Shown here: piece by piece, positions 1-8,745 of the stretch
Position numbering within the stretch: position 1 is the first letter of the stretch
How the letters are laid out: each line of letters opens with the position of its first letter
Assembly: GCA_004764695.1 (NCBI GenBank)
Contig: SMSO01000016.1
Coordinates: forward strand, 48,494-71,748
Source of the DNA: Schizochytrium sp. TIO01
Lineage: Eukaryota; Protista; Bigyra: Labyrinthulomycetes
DNA: 23,255 bases
Reading direction: 5' to 3'
Notes under the pieces: model-generated
Databases searched by the model: none
The model's input: the letters and a program-made list of their open reading frames with translations, nothing else
What the model was told of the DNA's origin: nothing
Translations under genes and position numbers: made by a program

Positions 1-56
1 CGGGTTGTTTCGCACCCACTCGTAAGCCTCGAAAAAATAAAAAAATTATATCCTAA
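1..56 (+). CDS. rps19: ribosomal protein S19, 3' end (partial)
   Basis: Frame from nt 3 reads GCFAPTRKPRKNKK..., matching the S19 C-terminal G(E)FAPTR motif. TAA at 54-56 abuts the rps3 ATG; S10-operon order rps19-rps3-rpl16. Confidence 0.8.
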   Translation, partial: GCFAPTRKPRKNKKIIS

Positions 57-728
57 ATGTATTCTTCTATTAAATTTTCAGATACTCTATTCACAAAATT
101 TTCGTATAGTTTTTGGTTTAGTAAAGGTTTGTTGGTATCAAAGGTTATTGATACTACTCTATTTTCTTTGGGTTATTTGCCTGTAAAATCTACTTTGAAC
201 TTTAATAGTTCTTATTGTTACATTACCCTAGATTTGTTTCAATTTAAGTCTAGCTATACTTCAGCTCTTTTTTTGAAAGCAGTATCTCTTTTGGAAAAGC
301 ATATTTCTTTGCTTATTTTGGCGGGTATTCCAACTCGCATTTTTATTAAATCGTCTGCAGTTTCATCTGAATCGTCACTTTTTGAAACTATCTTTAGTTT
401 GGCTTCTAAAGGTTTTAATGTAAGTCATCTAGTGGCCAAAGTTATTGTCACCCTTCTAGAAAAAACTGCTCGTCATAGTCGAGTGCTTGACGTTTGTTTT
501 AGTACAATTACCCGCGTTTTTAATTCATCTACTAATTCTCGAATCGTAGGTCTAAAAATTAATGTGCAAGGTCGCGTAAATGGATCTGATAGGTCTAAAA
601 AAATAGTTTTGTCTTTGGGTACTGTGTCCCGTAAAACTTTTATAAAAGTAACTGATATAAATCATTCTTTTGCTAAAACTCCTTATGGAGTGCTTGGTGT
701 TAAAGTTTGGTGTTCTTATTCTAATTAA
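57..728 (+). CDS. rps3: ribosomal protein S3 (divergent)
   Basis: C-terminal S3 motifs GLKINVQGRVNGSDRS and AKTPYGVLGVKVW; ends TAA. Confidence 0.92.
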   Translation: MYSSIKFSDTLFTKFSYSFWFSKGLLVSKVIDTTLFSLGYLPVKSTLNFNSSYCYITLDLFQFKSSYTSALFLKAVSLLEKHISLLILAGIPTRIFIKSSAVSSESSLFETIFSLASKGFNVSHLVAKVIVTLLEKTARHSRVLDVCFSTITRVFNSSTNSRIVGLKINVQGRVNGSDRSKKIVLSLGTVSRKTFIKVTDINHSFAKTPYGVLGVKVWCSYSN

Positions 729-733
729 TTAAA

Positions 734-1171
734 ATGTGTTCACTTCGTCCTAAACGTATAAAATTTGCAAAGTATCAGCGAGGTCGTCTTAAGTGTTCTT
801 CACCGGGTATTCAAGATCTACTTGCTACAAATTTGCCTTCTTTTACTTTGATTTCAACTGAATCTTGTTACGTTACGAATAATCATCTTAGCGTAGCTAT
901 TAAGCTAATCAAGAAAAAGCTAGTTCGTAAAGGAATTCTTCGTTTGCACGTATTTCCTGATAAACCTTTTACGTCTAAAAGTATTGGTGCTCGAATGGGT
1001 AAAGGTAAGGGTGCTATCTCCATTTGGAAAGCTAAAGTGTCTCCTGGTTCTGTTATCTTTTCTATTTCTGGGGTTTCTGAAACTATCGTAGTAGATGCTT
1101 TTAATTCTATATCTAAAAAATTTCCCTGTTCAGTAAAAGTTGTAAAACGTAATTTTCCAGCCTCATTCTTA
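734..1171 (+). CDS. rpl16: ribosomal protein L16 (145 aa, TTA stop)
   Basis: PKRIKFAKYQRG, VFPDKPFTSK, RMGKGKG motifs; first in-frame TTA at 1169-1171, two codons before TAA. Confidence 0.95.
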
Positions 1172-1196
1172 TATTAAGTGTTATTTTTACCCTCTT

Positions 1197-1247
1197 AGTG
1201 GTACTCGTAGTATTATATAAATAGGGGTTCAATTCCCTTTGCCACTT
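1197..1247 (+). ncRNA. tRNA-like minihelix element 1 (acceptor stem + T arm, no anticodon arm); putative processing signal
   Basis: AGTGGTA(1197-1203) pairs with TGCCACT(1240-1246). T arm AGGGG-TTCAATT-CCCTT at 1223-1239. The connector is only 19 nt. Confidence 0.6.
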
Positions 1248-1260
1248 TACTGAATTTATT

Positions 1261-2454
1261 ATGGCACTTACAAAACGAAAAATAAATAAAGAGCTAAAGA
1301 ATTTTACTCTAAACTTTGGTCCTCAACATCCCGCTGCTCACGGGGTTTTGCGTCTTGTTTTGGACTTGCAAGGAGAAAATGTTCTTCGTGCAGATCCTCA
1401 CATTGGTCTTTTGCATCGAGGTACTGAAAAATTGGTTGAACATAAGAATTATATGCAAGCATTGCCTTATTTCGATAGGCTGGACTATGTTTCTATGATG
1501 GCCCAAGAACACACTTATTCTATAGCAGTTGAATCATTGATGAATATTCAAGTACCTAAACGTTCTATGTATATTAGGGTTATCTTTTTGGAAATCACTC
1601 GTCTATTGAATCATTTGCTATTTATTAGTTGCCACGCGCTTGACGTTGGGGCTATGACCGCTTTTTTTTGGGGATTCGAAGAACGGGAAAAACTTATAGA
1701 GTTTTATGAGCGTGTTTCTGGTGCTCGAATGCACGCTGCTTATGTACGTCCCGGAGGGGTTGCTTACGACATTCCTATAGGCTTGTCAGCAGATATTTAT
1801 AGTTTTTGTGAAGCTTTTCGGGTTCGTCTAGATGAATTTGAAGAGTTGCTAACCGAAAACCGTATTTGGAAACAACGTCTAGTTGATGTGGGAGTTGTTA
1901 CCATAAAAGATGCTGCTTCTTGGGGGTTTAGTGGTGTTATGCTTCGAGGTAGCGGAGTTTGTTGGGATTTGCGTAAAAACACTCCTTATGAAATCTATGA
2001 TGAACTCGATTTTTCGGTTCCTGTAGGTACAAACGGAGATTGCTATGACCGTTACCTTGTTCGAGTAGCTGAGATGCGAGAATCTTTGTCAATCATCGTT
2101 CAGTGTTTGAATAATCTTCCACAAGGTTCTGTTAAAGTAGACCACAAAGTGTCTGCCCCTTCTCGTAAAGAATTGAAACATTCTATGGAAGCTACTATTC
2201 AACACTTTAAATACTTCTCTGAAGGTTTTTCAGTTCCCGCAGGTGAAATTTATATAGCGACTGAAGCCCCTAAAGGAGAATTCGGTGTATTTCTTGTTTC
2301 TGACGGATCTTCAAAACCTTATCGTTGTAAAATAAAAGCGCCCGGATTTGCTCATTTGCAAGGGCTAGACATAATAGCAAAAGGACATCTAATTGCTGAT
2401 GTAGTTACCATTATTGGTACTCAAGATATTGTTTTTGGAGAAGTTGATCGTTTA
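1261..2454 (+). CDS. nad7: NADH dehydrogenase subunit 7 (397 aa, TTA stop)
   Basis: [15 protein letters not shown] near the N-terminus. The canonical C-terminus DIVFGEVDR is followed immediately by TTA (2452-2454); read-through would enter trnG. Confidence 0.98.
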
Positions 2455-2468
2455 TTTAGGTCAGCTTT

Positions 2469-2540
2469 GCGGATGTGGTGTAAAGGTTAACACTTTAGCC
2501 TTCCAAGCTAATTATGAGGGTTCAAGTCCCTTCATCCGTT
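2469..2540 (+). tRNA. trnG: tRNA-Gly(UCC)
   Basis: Acceptor GCGGATG/CATCCGT; anticodon arm TTAGC-CTTCCAA-GCTAA; T loop TTCAAGT. Confidence 0.95.
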
Positions 2541-2547
2541 TTTATTT

Positions 2548-5002
2548 ATGGCATTTGAAGGATCTCTAGGTAATGTTAATATAGAGGCGTTTTTATATGC
2601 GATAAGCTAACCTATTTCGGTTAGATTCCTCTAGGAAAACCATTAATTTATTTTATTTATAACCTTGCGAATTGAAACATCTTAGTAGCAAGTTAAAAAA
2701 TTAAACAAGGAGTTGAAAGTAGTGGCGAGCGAAATCAATTTAAGCTTAAGGATTTTTTGCAAAAAATTTTAAAACCATAGAAGGTATTTAAGTCCTGTAT
2801 TTTGTAAAAATTTCTTATACATTAGTAAGTTGAGACATGTTATCTTTACTGAAAATAGGAGAACCATCTTCTAAAGCTTAACTTAACATTAACCGATAGC
2901 GCACAAGTACTGTAAAGGAAAGAGTGAAATCAAACTGCTTTTTATGCTAGAGTAGTTTAAAGCTATTATAGCGTGCTTTTTGTATTACGAACTGAAGAGT
3001 TAATAAAAGTAGCCCAGCTTAAGTGGAGACATGTAGGCGTACGTGAAAGCAAAAATTCAATATTATGTTACTTTTATTATACCCGAAACCAAGTGATCTA
3101 TTTATGAACTAGCGGATGTATATTTGCATTCGGCTGAACCCGTATCTGTTGCAAAAGATTGGGATGATTTGTGAATAGGAGTGAAAGGCTAATCAAACTT
3201 GGAAATAGCTGGTTCTTTGCGAAATCTATTTAGGTAGAGTGTTAAATACTAAAAAAGGGGGTAGAGCTCTGTTTAGGGAAGGGGGTGTCACTTACTAACT
3301 CTTTGCAAACTACGAATACCTTTTTTAAGAATATTTAATAAACAAACAATAGGCGATAAGGTCTTTTGTTGAGAGGGAAACAGCCCAGATTTATCGCTAA
3401 GGCCTTTAATGTTTTTTAAGTGCAAAAAGAGTTTATATCCAATGACAGTTAATATGTAGGCTTGGAAGCAGCCATCATTGAAAGAAAGCGTAGTAGCTCA
3501 TTAACTAAGGGTATAGGTTCTGAAAATGTAGGAGACTAAAAAAACAGCCGAAGCGGAAACAGAGCTTAAAAGCTCTGGGTAGCAAAGCTTTTTGTATAAG
3601 TTAGCATACGTTGTAAAATGTGTGTGTTTATCAATTTGATTATTTCAGTATGAGTAACGGAAAACACTCTGTGAATGAGTGTCGTCTGAATCCTCCAGGT
3701 TTCCTAAACAAATGTTGTTCAGTTTAGGGTTATTCGGTCCCTAATTAATTAGCTGAAAAGTTATTATGATGGGTTTTATATATCTAATGAAAAAAAGTAA
3801 TCTAGAAAATTATATAAGGTTTACCGTACTTAAACCGACACAGGTGAGGTAGCATAGTTATGCTAAGACGTAGAGATATTTATTTAAAAGGAACTCGGCA
3901 AATTGGCCTCGTAACTTCGGGAGAAGAGGCGCTTTCTTGATTAAAGAGAAAGTTGCAAAAAAACGGAAATAGCAACTGTTTACTAAAAACACAGGTCTTT
4001 GCAAACACGTAAGTGGTAGTATAAGGACTGACTCCTGCCCGGTGCTGTTATTTTAACTTTTATAGTATTTGCTATAAAACTAAGAACCAGTAAACGGCGG
4101 CAGTAACTCTGACTGTCCTAAGGTAGCGAAATTCATTGGTCACTAATTATGATCCCGCATGAATGGAGTAATGACTGTTTCACTGTCTCTTAAATAATCT
4201 CTGTGAAATTTATTTGCTCGTGAAGAAGCGAGCGTATTCTAAAAAGACGGAAAGACCCCGTGAACTTTTACTGTATCTTTATATTGTTCAAGGTTTTCTA
4301 TTGTACACTGGAAGTGGTAGTTTAATTACATAAGTGAAAGTCCACTCTTTAGTCTACCTAGACTCATTTTTTTAATAAAAGACCGTATAAGGAAGGCAGT
4401 TTATCTGGGGCGGATTCCTTTTAAAAAGTAACAAAGGAGTGCAAAGGCAAGTTATACTTTAAAAAAGTAAGCAGTGTAACGGCAATAAAAACTTGCTTGA
4501 CTGTAAGAGGTACATCTCGCACAGGGGTTTAAAAGCCGGCCGTAGTGATCCGGTGTTTTTTAATGGACAAGACATCGCTTAACGAATAAAAAGTACTCCG
4601 GGGATAACAGGCTAATGTTCTTCAAGAGCTCATATCTAAAAGAACGTTTGGCACCTCGATGTCGACTCAACGCAACCTGAAGCTGAAGCCGGTTTCAAGG
4701 GTTTGGCTGTTCGCCGATTAAAGCGTTACGTGAGTTGGGTTTAGAACGCTGTGAAGCAGTTTGGTCCCTATCTTTTAGAATTTATTGAAAGTAAACAAAA
4801 TGTTTAACTAGTACGAGAGGACCGTTAAGCACTATCCTCTTATGAACCTGTTGTCTAATGGCATCGCAGGGTAGTAACGATAGTTCAGAATAATTGCTGA
4901 AAGCATCTAAAGCAAGAAATCTTTTTGTTATCTTTCTAAACAAAGTGAAAGAACATCTCTTTGATAGGTCACGTGTGTTTTTAGCTTAGTGATACTAATT
5001 TT
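2548..5002 (+). rRNA. rnl: large subunit rRNA (ends approximate)
   Basis: Conserved 23S-type motifs: AGTAGTGGCGAGCGAA, GGAAATAGCTGGTTCT, AAGGAACTCGGCAAA, CCTAAGGTAGCGAAATT, GGGGATAACAGGCT, GGCACCTCGATGTCG, sarcin-ricin loop AGTACGAGAGGAC. Confidence 0.97.
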
Positions 5003-5069
5003 ATTTTTTATTTTATTATATAGTTTACATTTTTTTAGTATTTATTAAATACTATTTAATATTTTTATG

Positions 5070-6388
5070 TAAGTTTGATCTTGGCTTAGGATGAACGTTA
5101 GTGAAATGTTTTACACATGCGAGTTGAAAAGCGTACGGGTGAGTTTGTTAAGTATTTATCTTGAAAAAGAGAAGCTTTTCGGAAAGCAAGGTAGTAGGTC
5201 GTTTAATAGACTGACCTAGCCTATGACTTTAAGCGGTTTCGAAAGAAAGATCCGCCACAATGGCACTGAAAAAAGGGCCATACTCTACGTAGAGGCAGCA
5301 GTGAAGAATCTTAGGCAATGAGCGAAAGCTTGACCTAGCAATTTCACAAAATGAAGAAGGCAATTTTGTTGTAAAGTTTAGTAATAAGTTTAAATAATGA
5401 TATAAACTTATTTCTTAGTCCTGACCAATATGCGTGCCAGCAGTCGCGGTAATACGTGAAGGGCTTACGTTATCTATACATTAGGCGTAAAACGTTTGTA
5501 GGTGGTTATTTTTGTTATTTTCTAAATTTTAATTAAACTTTAATTTTGAAATAATACGTTATATCTAGAGGTTCTGAGAAGAAAATAGAATTTTTGAAGT
5601 ACGGGTAAAATCGGTTGATATCAAAAGGACTTTTTTGTGAAGACAATTTTCTACGAAAACCTGACACTGAGAAACGAAAGCGCAGGTAGCAAAAAGGATT
5701 AGAGACCCTTGTAGTCTGCGCCGTAAACGATGTTTATTGTTTAGTGAAATTACTCTTCGGAGATTTTCACTAAATAAGCTAACGCTAAATAAACTGCCTG
5801 GAGAGTACCCCGGCAACGGTGAAATCCAAAAGAATTGACGGGAGCTAGTATAGGCAGCGGAGCATGTTACTTAATTCGACAATACGCGAGTAATCTTACC
5901 AAAGCTTGACAGGAATCTTTTTAACAGGTGTTGCATGGTTGTCTTCAGCTCGTGTTTTGAAATGTATGGTTTAGTCCTTAAACGAGCGAAACCTTTTTTT
6001 AAAGATGTTTTTTCATCTTTAAATCAGCTGAGATAATCAGTTTGAAATTTAAGACTAAGACAAATCTTCATGACCCTTATGCTTTGGGCTGTAAACGTGC
6101 TACAATGGTAAATTCAAAAAGAAGCAATAAAGAAATTTAAAGCAATCCTTTTAACCATTACCGTAGTTCGGATTAAAAGTTGAAACTCACTTTTATGAAG
6201 TTGGAGTTGCCAGTAATCGTGGATCAGCACGCCACGGTGAAATTTTTTACCTAGCTTTGTACATACCGCCCGTCATGTTATGGGAGGTTTCGTTGTATGA
6301 AATGGTTTTAGCCTATAGTATAACGCAGCTGACTGTAATAAAGTCGTAACAAGGTAGCCGTAAGTGAACTTGCGGCTGAATTTATAAA
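5070..6388 (+). rRNA. rns: small subunit rRNA (ends approximate, about 1.3 kb)
   Basis: AGTTTGATCTTGGCT at the 5' end, GTGCCAGCAGTCGCGGTAATAC, GAATTGACGGG, and AAGTCGTAACAAGGTAGCCGTA near the 3' end. No CCUCC anti-SD tail. Confidence 0.97.
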
Positions 6389-6394
6389 TAAATT

Positions 6395-6482
6395 TTAATT
6401 ATAATATCTTTGTATAAAGAAACATTCGGAAACTTTATACTTTTACTTTTTTAAATACTACTCAGGGAATCAAAAAAAGTTT
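6395..6482 (+). rRNA. rrn5: candidate divergent AT-rich 5S rRNA (boundaries uncertain)
   Basis: Hairpin GTATAAAG/CTTTATAC with a 13-nt loop AAACATTCGGAAA resembling 5S loop C. It is followed by ACTTTTTT/AAAAAAGT enclosing AATACT...GGGAA (domain gamma-like). Confidence 0.45.
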
Positions 6483-6569
6483 GGAGAAGTGGCAGAGAGG
6501 TCGATTGCGAACGTTTGCTAAACGTTTACAGGTTAAAACTTGTCGCTGGTTCGAATCCAGTCTTCTCCG
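6483..6569 (+). tRNA. trnS: tRNA-Ser(GCU)
   Basis: GGAGAAG/CTTCTCC acceptor; AACGT-TTGCTAA-ACGTT anticodon arm; long variable arm. Confidence 0.95.
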
Positions 6570-6585
6570 TTTTGTTTTATATTGT

Positions 6586-6657
6586 TGGGATATAGCTTAA
6601 AGGTAAAGCTTTAGTTTTTGGTACTAAAAGATATAGGTTCGAATCCTGTTATCCCAG
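6586..6657 (+). tRNA. trnQ: tRNA-Gln(UUG)
   Basis: TGGGATA/TATCCCA acceptor; TTAGT-TTTTGGT-ACTAA anticodon arm. Confidence 0.93.
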
Positions 6658-6673
6658 CAGCATTTTGTATGTA

Positions 6674-6747
6674 GGTGGGTATAGTACAGTGGTTAGTACG
6701 CTTGCTTGTGGTGCAAGATGTCGTAGGTTCAAATCCTTCTTCCCGCC
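6674..6747 (+). tRNA. trnH: tRNA-His(GUG), genome-encoded G-1:C73
   Basis: CTTGC-TTGTGGT-GCAAG anticodon arm; G6674 opposite C6747. Confidence 0.93.
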
Positions 6748-6761
6748 ATTAACTTTTTATC

Positions 6762-7292
6762 ATGTATTTTACAGTGGTTATAAAAGATGGATTCTCTTTC
6801 TCTGAAAATCAATCTTTTTATATTATTACAGATTCATTTAATAATAAAAGCTTTGCGTTTAAAAAAGAGTTCTTTTTTCAGGTATTTAACGAAACATCGT
6901 CTATCCAATTTGTGTGTTCGAAACGTTCATTTTTGACTAAATTTAAGTCCCTACAATCTAAAATTATCTCTTTCATATCTAATAAAGTTTTTTCTGAAAA
7001 ATTTTCTATAGTAGGGGTAGGTTACAAATGTTCTCTAATTTCTCAAAATACTTTCCAAATTAACATTGGGCTTAGTCACCCTGTTTTGTTTACTATTCCT
7101 AAAGGTATTGTTGTGGAAATTAGTAAAGACCAAACTAAAGCTTTTTTCTATTCTATAAATTATAGTCTTCTAAAAGAATTCGTTTCTTTTATTTGCCAAC
7201 AAAAACAAACTGATCCTTATAAAGGTAAGGGTTGTTTTATAATAAGCAAAGTTTCTGTGTTGCCTCTAAAAGAAGGTAAACGTTCTAAATTA
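6762..7292 (+). CDS. rpl6: ribosomal protein L6 (176 aa, TTA stop)
   Basis: IVGVGYK, IGLSHPV and DPYKGKG motifs. C-terminus LKEGKRSK is followed by TTA (7290-7292). Confidence 0.92.
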
Positions 7293-7301
7293 TTTATTAT
7301 T

Positions 7302-7772
7302 ATGAAATCTGTTAAAATAATCTTTTTTTCTTCTATTTTGTCAAAGTATGGTTTGCTTTATTCTAAGCAAACTCAAGCGTTTATGAAAGTTTTCTACTTT
7401 ATTACCAATCTGCGTAAAAGTCAAGTTTCTTTTTGTATTGTAGGGAATTCAAAATCAATAGCACGCTTCTTTTATATGTTTAAAAATGAATCCGTTACTT
7501 TTTTGAGTAAATGGGTTCCTGGTACTCTATCCAATTCTCAAAAAAATTCTCGATCTTTTTATCCTGATATTTTGATCGTTATGGGCTTTAAAAAAAATCT
7601 TGTCGCTATTTTGGAAGCAAATAAAAAGGGGATTCCTGTAATCTGTTTTTCTAACGAAAGTTCTCTAAAGAAATATTCTTTTTATTTGCCTTACGTTATT
7701 TTTTGTGATCCTCGTCAAATTAAAGCTCTTTGGTTTTCTATATTTCTTTTTTTTACATCTTTTAAAAAATAA
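7302..7772 (+). CDS. rps2: ribosomal protein S2, shortened (156 aa)
   Basis: KWVPGTLSN, PDILIV and AILEANKKGIPVI are S2 motifs. ATG lies 9 nt after the rpl6 TTA, in the same frame. Confidence 0.85.
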   Translation: MKSVKIIFFSSILSKYGLLYSKQTQAFMKVFYFITNLRKSQVSFCIVGNSKSIARFFYMFKNESVTFLSKWVPGTLSNSQKNSRSFYPDILIVMGFKKNLVAILEANKKGIPVICFSNESSLKKYSFYLPYVIFCDPRQIKALWFSIFLFFTSFKK

Positions 7773-7773
7773 A

Positions 7774-8271
7774 ATGCTTAAGTTTAAACAACTAAAAAAA
7801 CTAAAAATAAATCCTATCTATTCTCAAAAATTTGTTGCTCATTGTTGTAAGCCGCAAAATACTTGGGTTTCCATTTTGAAACAAGCTCAAAAAAATAGGG
7901 TTTCTTCATTTGTACGTTTGCACGCAATTAAAAAAGATGTTTTTAATCAGCGCAAACAAGTTAAGTACACTTATGGTTCATCTTCTCCAAGTCCACTTAA
8001 GCTTGATTTTCTTATTTGGAGTTCTCGTTTCTATCCTTCACTATTGGCAGCTCGTCATGCTGTTTGTTCTAGTAAAGTAGTCGTAAATGGAATTGTTCAA
8101 AAAAATCCAAATTTCATTTTGTCAGCGGGAGATCTTGTTCATATTCAGGGAAATATCACTATTAATGGTTCATTTTTTACTACCGTAAATCAAAATGTAG
8201 CTTTGCAAGCTATTATTCCCCAAAATTTGGAAATCAGTTTTAGTACACGCAGTTTTGTAGTTTGTTACTAA
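7774..8271 (+). CDS. rps4: ribosomal protein S4 (divergent, 165 aa)
   Basis: S4 RNA-binding domain LKLDFLIW...ARHAV...VVVNG...PNFILSAGDLV, then IPQNLEISF. ATG 1 nt after the rps2 stop. Confidence 0.85.
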   Translation: MLKFKQLKKLKINPIYSQKFVAHCCKPQNTWVSILKQAQKNRVSSFVRLHAIKKDVFNQRKQVKYTYGSSSPSPLKLDFLIWSSRFYPSLLAARHAVCSSKVVVNGIVQKNPNFILSAGDLVHIQGNITINGSFFTTVNQNVALQAIIPQNLEISFSTRSFVVCY

Positions 8272-8281
8272 CTACGTGTTT

Positions 8282-8327
8282 ACGGGGGTTTCGGTTAATT
8301 AAAAAGGTTCAAGTCCTTTTCCTCGTT
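8282..8327 (+). ncRNA. tRNA-like minihelix element 2 (acceptor stem + T arm, no anticodon arm); putative processing signal
   Basis: ACGGGGG(8282-8288) pairs with TCCTCGT(8320-8326). T arm AAAGG-TTCAAGT-CCTTT at 8303-8319. The 14-nt connector contains a D-loop-like GG. Confidence 0.6.
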
Positions 8328-8339
8328 TAAATATATTTT

Positions 8340-8714
8340 ATGATAAATTTTCAAAGGCTTATCTCTTCTTTGAATATAGGAATTCAACAAAATGCAAGTG
8401 TTGTGCAAGTTCCTAATTCTAAACAAAATCTTCAATTTATTTCTTTGCTTTATAAAGAAGGTTTTATTAAAGCTTTTCAATTTTCTGGTCGTAATATTAA
8501 AGTTTTTCTTTTCAAAAATAATAGTCTTTTGAAAGGTAAAAAATTTATTCTTTTTTCACACAATAAAAAAGATGTTTACGTATCTACTAAAAATTTGTGG
8601 GCGCATAGTGGACTTTGTTCGTTGTTTATCTCTACTTCAAAAGGTTCATTGGTTCATTATTCAAAAAGTTTTTCAAATCTAAAAGGAGGTAAATTGCTTG
8701 CCGCCACTATCTAA
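8340..8714 (+). CDS. rps8: ribosomal protein S8
   Basis: VPNSK...LLYKEGFI, ISTSKG and GGKLL motifs typical of S8. Confidence 0.88.
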   Translation: MINFQRLISSLNIGIQQNASVVQVPNSKQNLQFISLLYKEGFIKAFQFSGRNIKVFLFKNNSLLKGKKFILFSHNKKDVYVSTKNLWAHSGLCSLFISTSKGSLVHYSKSFSNLKGGKLLAATI

Positions 8715-8745
8715 TTTTCTATTCTTATGATTTCATTGCTAACTC

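Noticed and set aside
1197-1247. Element 1 as mitochondrial tmRNA or as a functional armless tRNA
   Set aside because: It has no G3:U70 alanine identity pair (U3:A70 instead), and the linker cannot form a credible anticodon stem-loop.
2455-2490. C-terminal extensions of nad7 (likewise rps12, cox2, nad1, nad9) in the ORF track
   Set aside because: Artefacts of reading TTA as Leu; they run into tRNAs or the next gene.
5036-5054. AT-rich hairpin TAGTATTT/AAATACTA in the rnl-rns spacer
   Set aside because: Single, nearly all-AT stem in an extremely AT-rich spacer; no function can be supported.
6762-7772. Apparent rpl6-rps2 fusion ORF (336 aa)
   Set aside because: An in-frame TTA stop at 7290-7292 ends L6 at its normal C-terminus, and rps2 has its own ATG at 7302.
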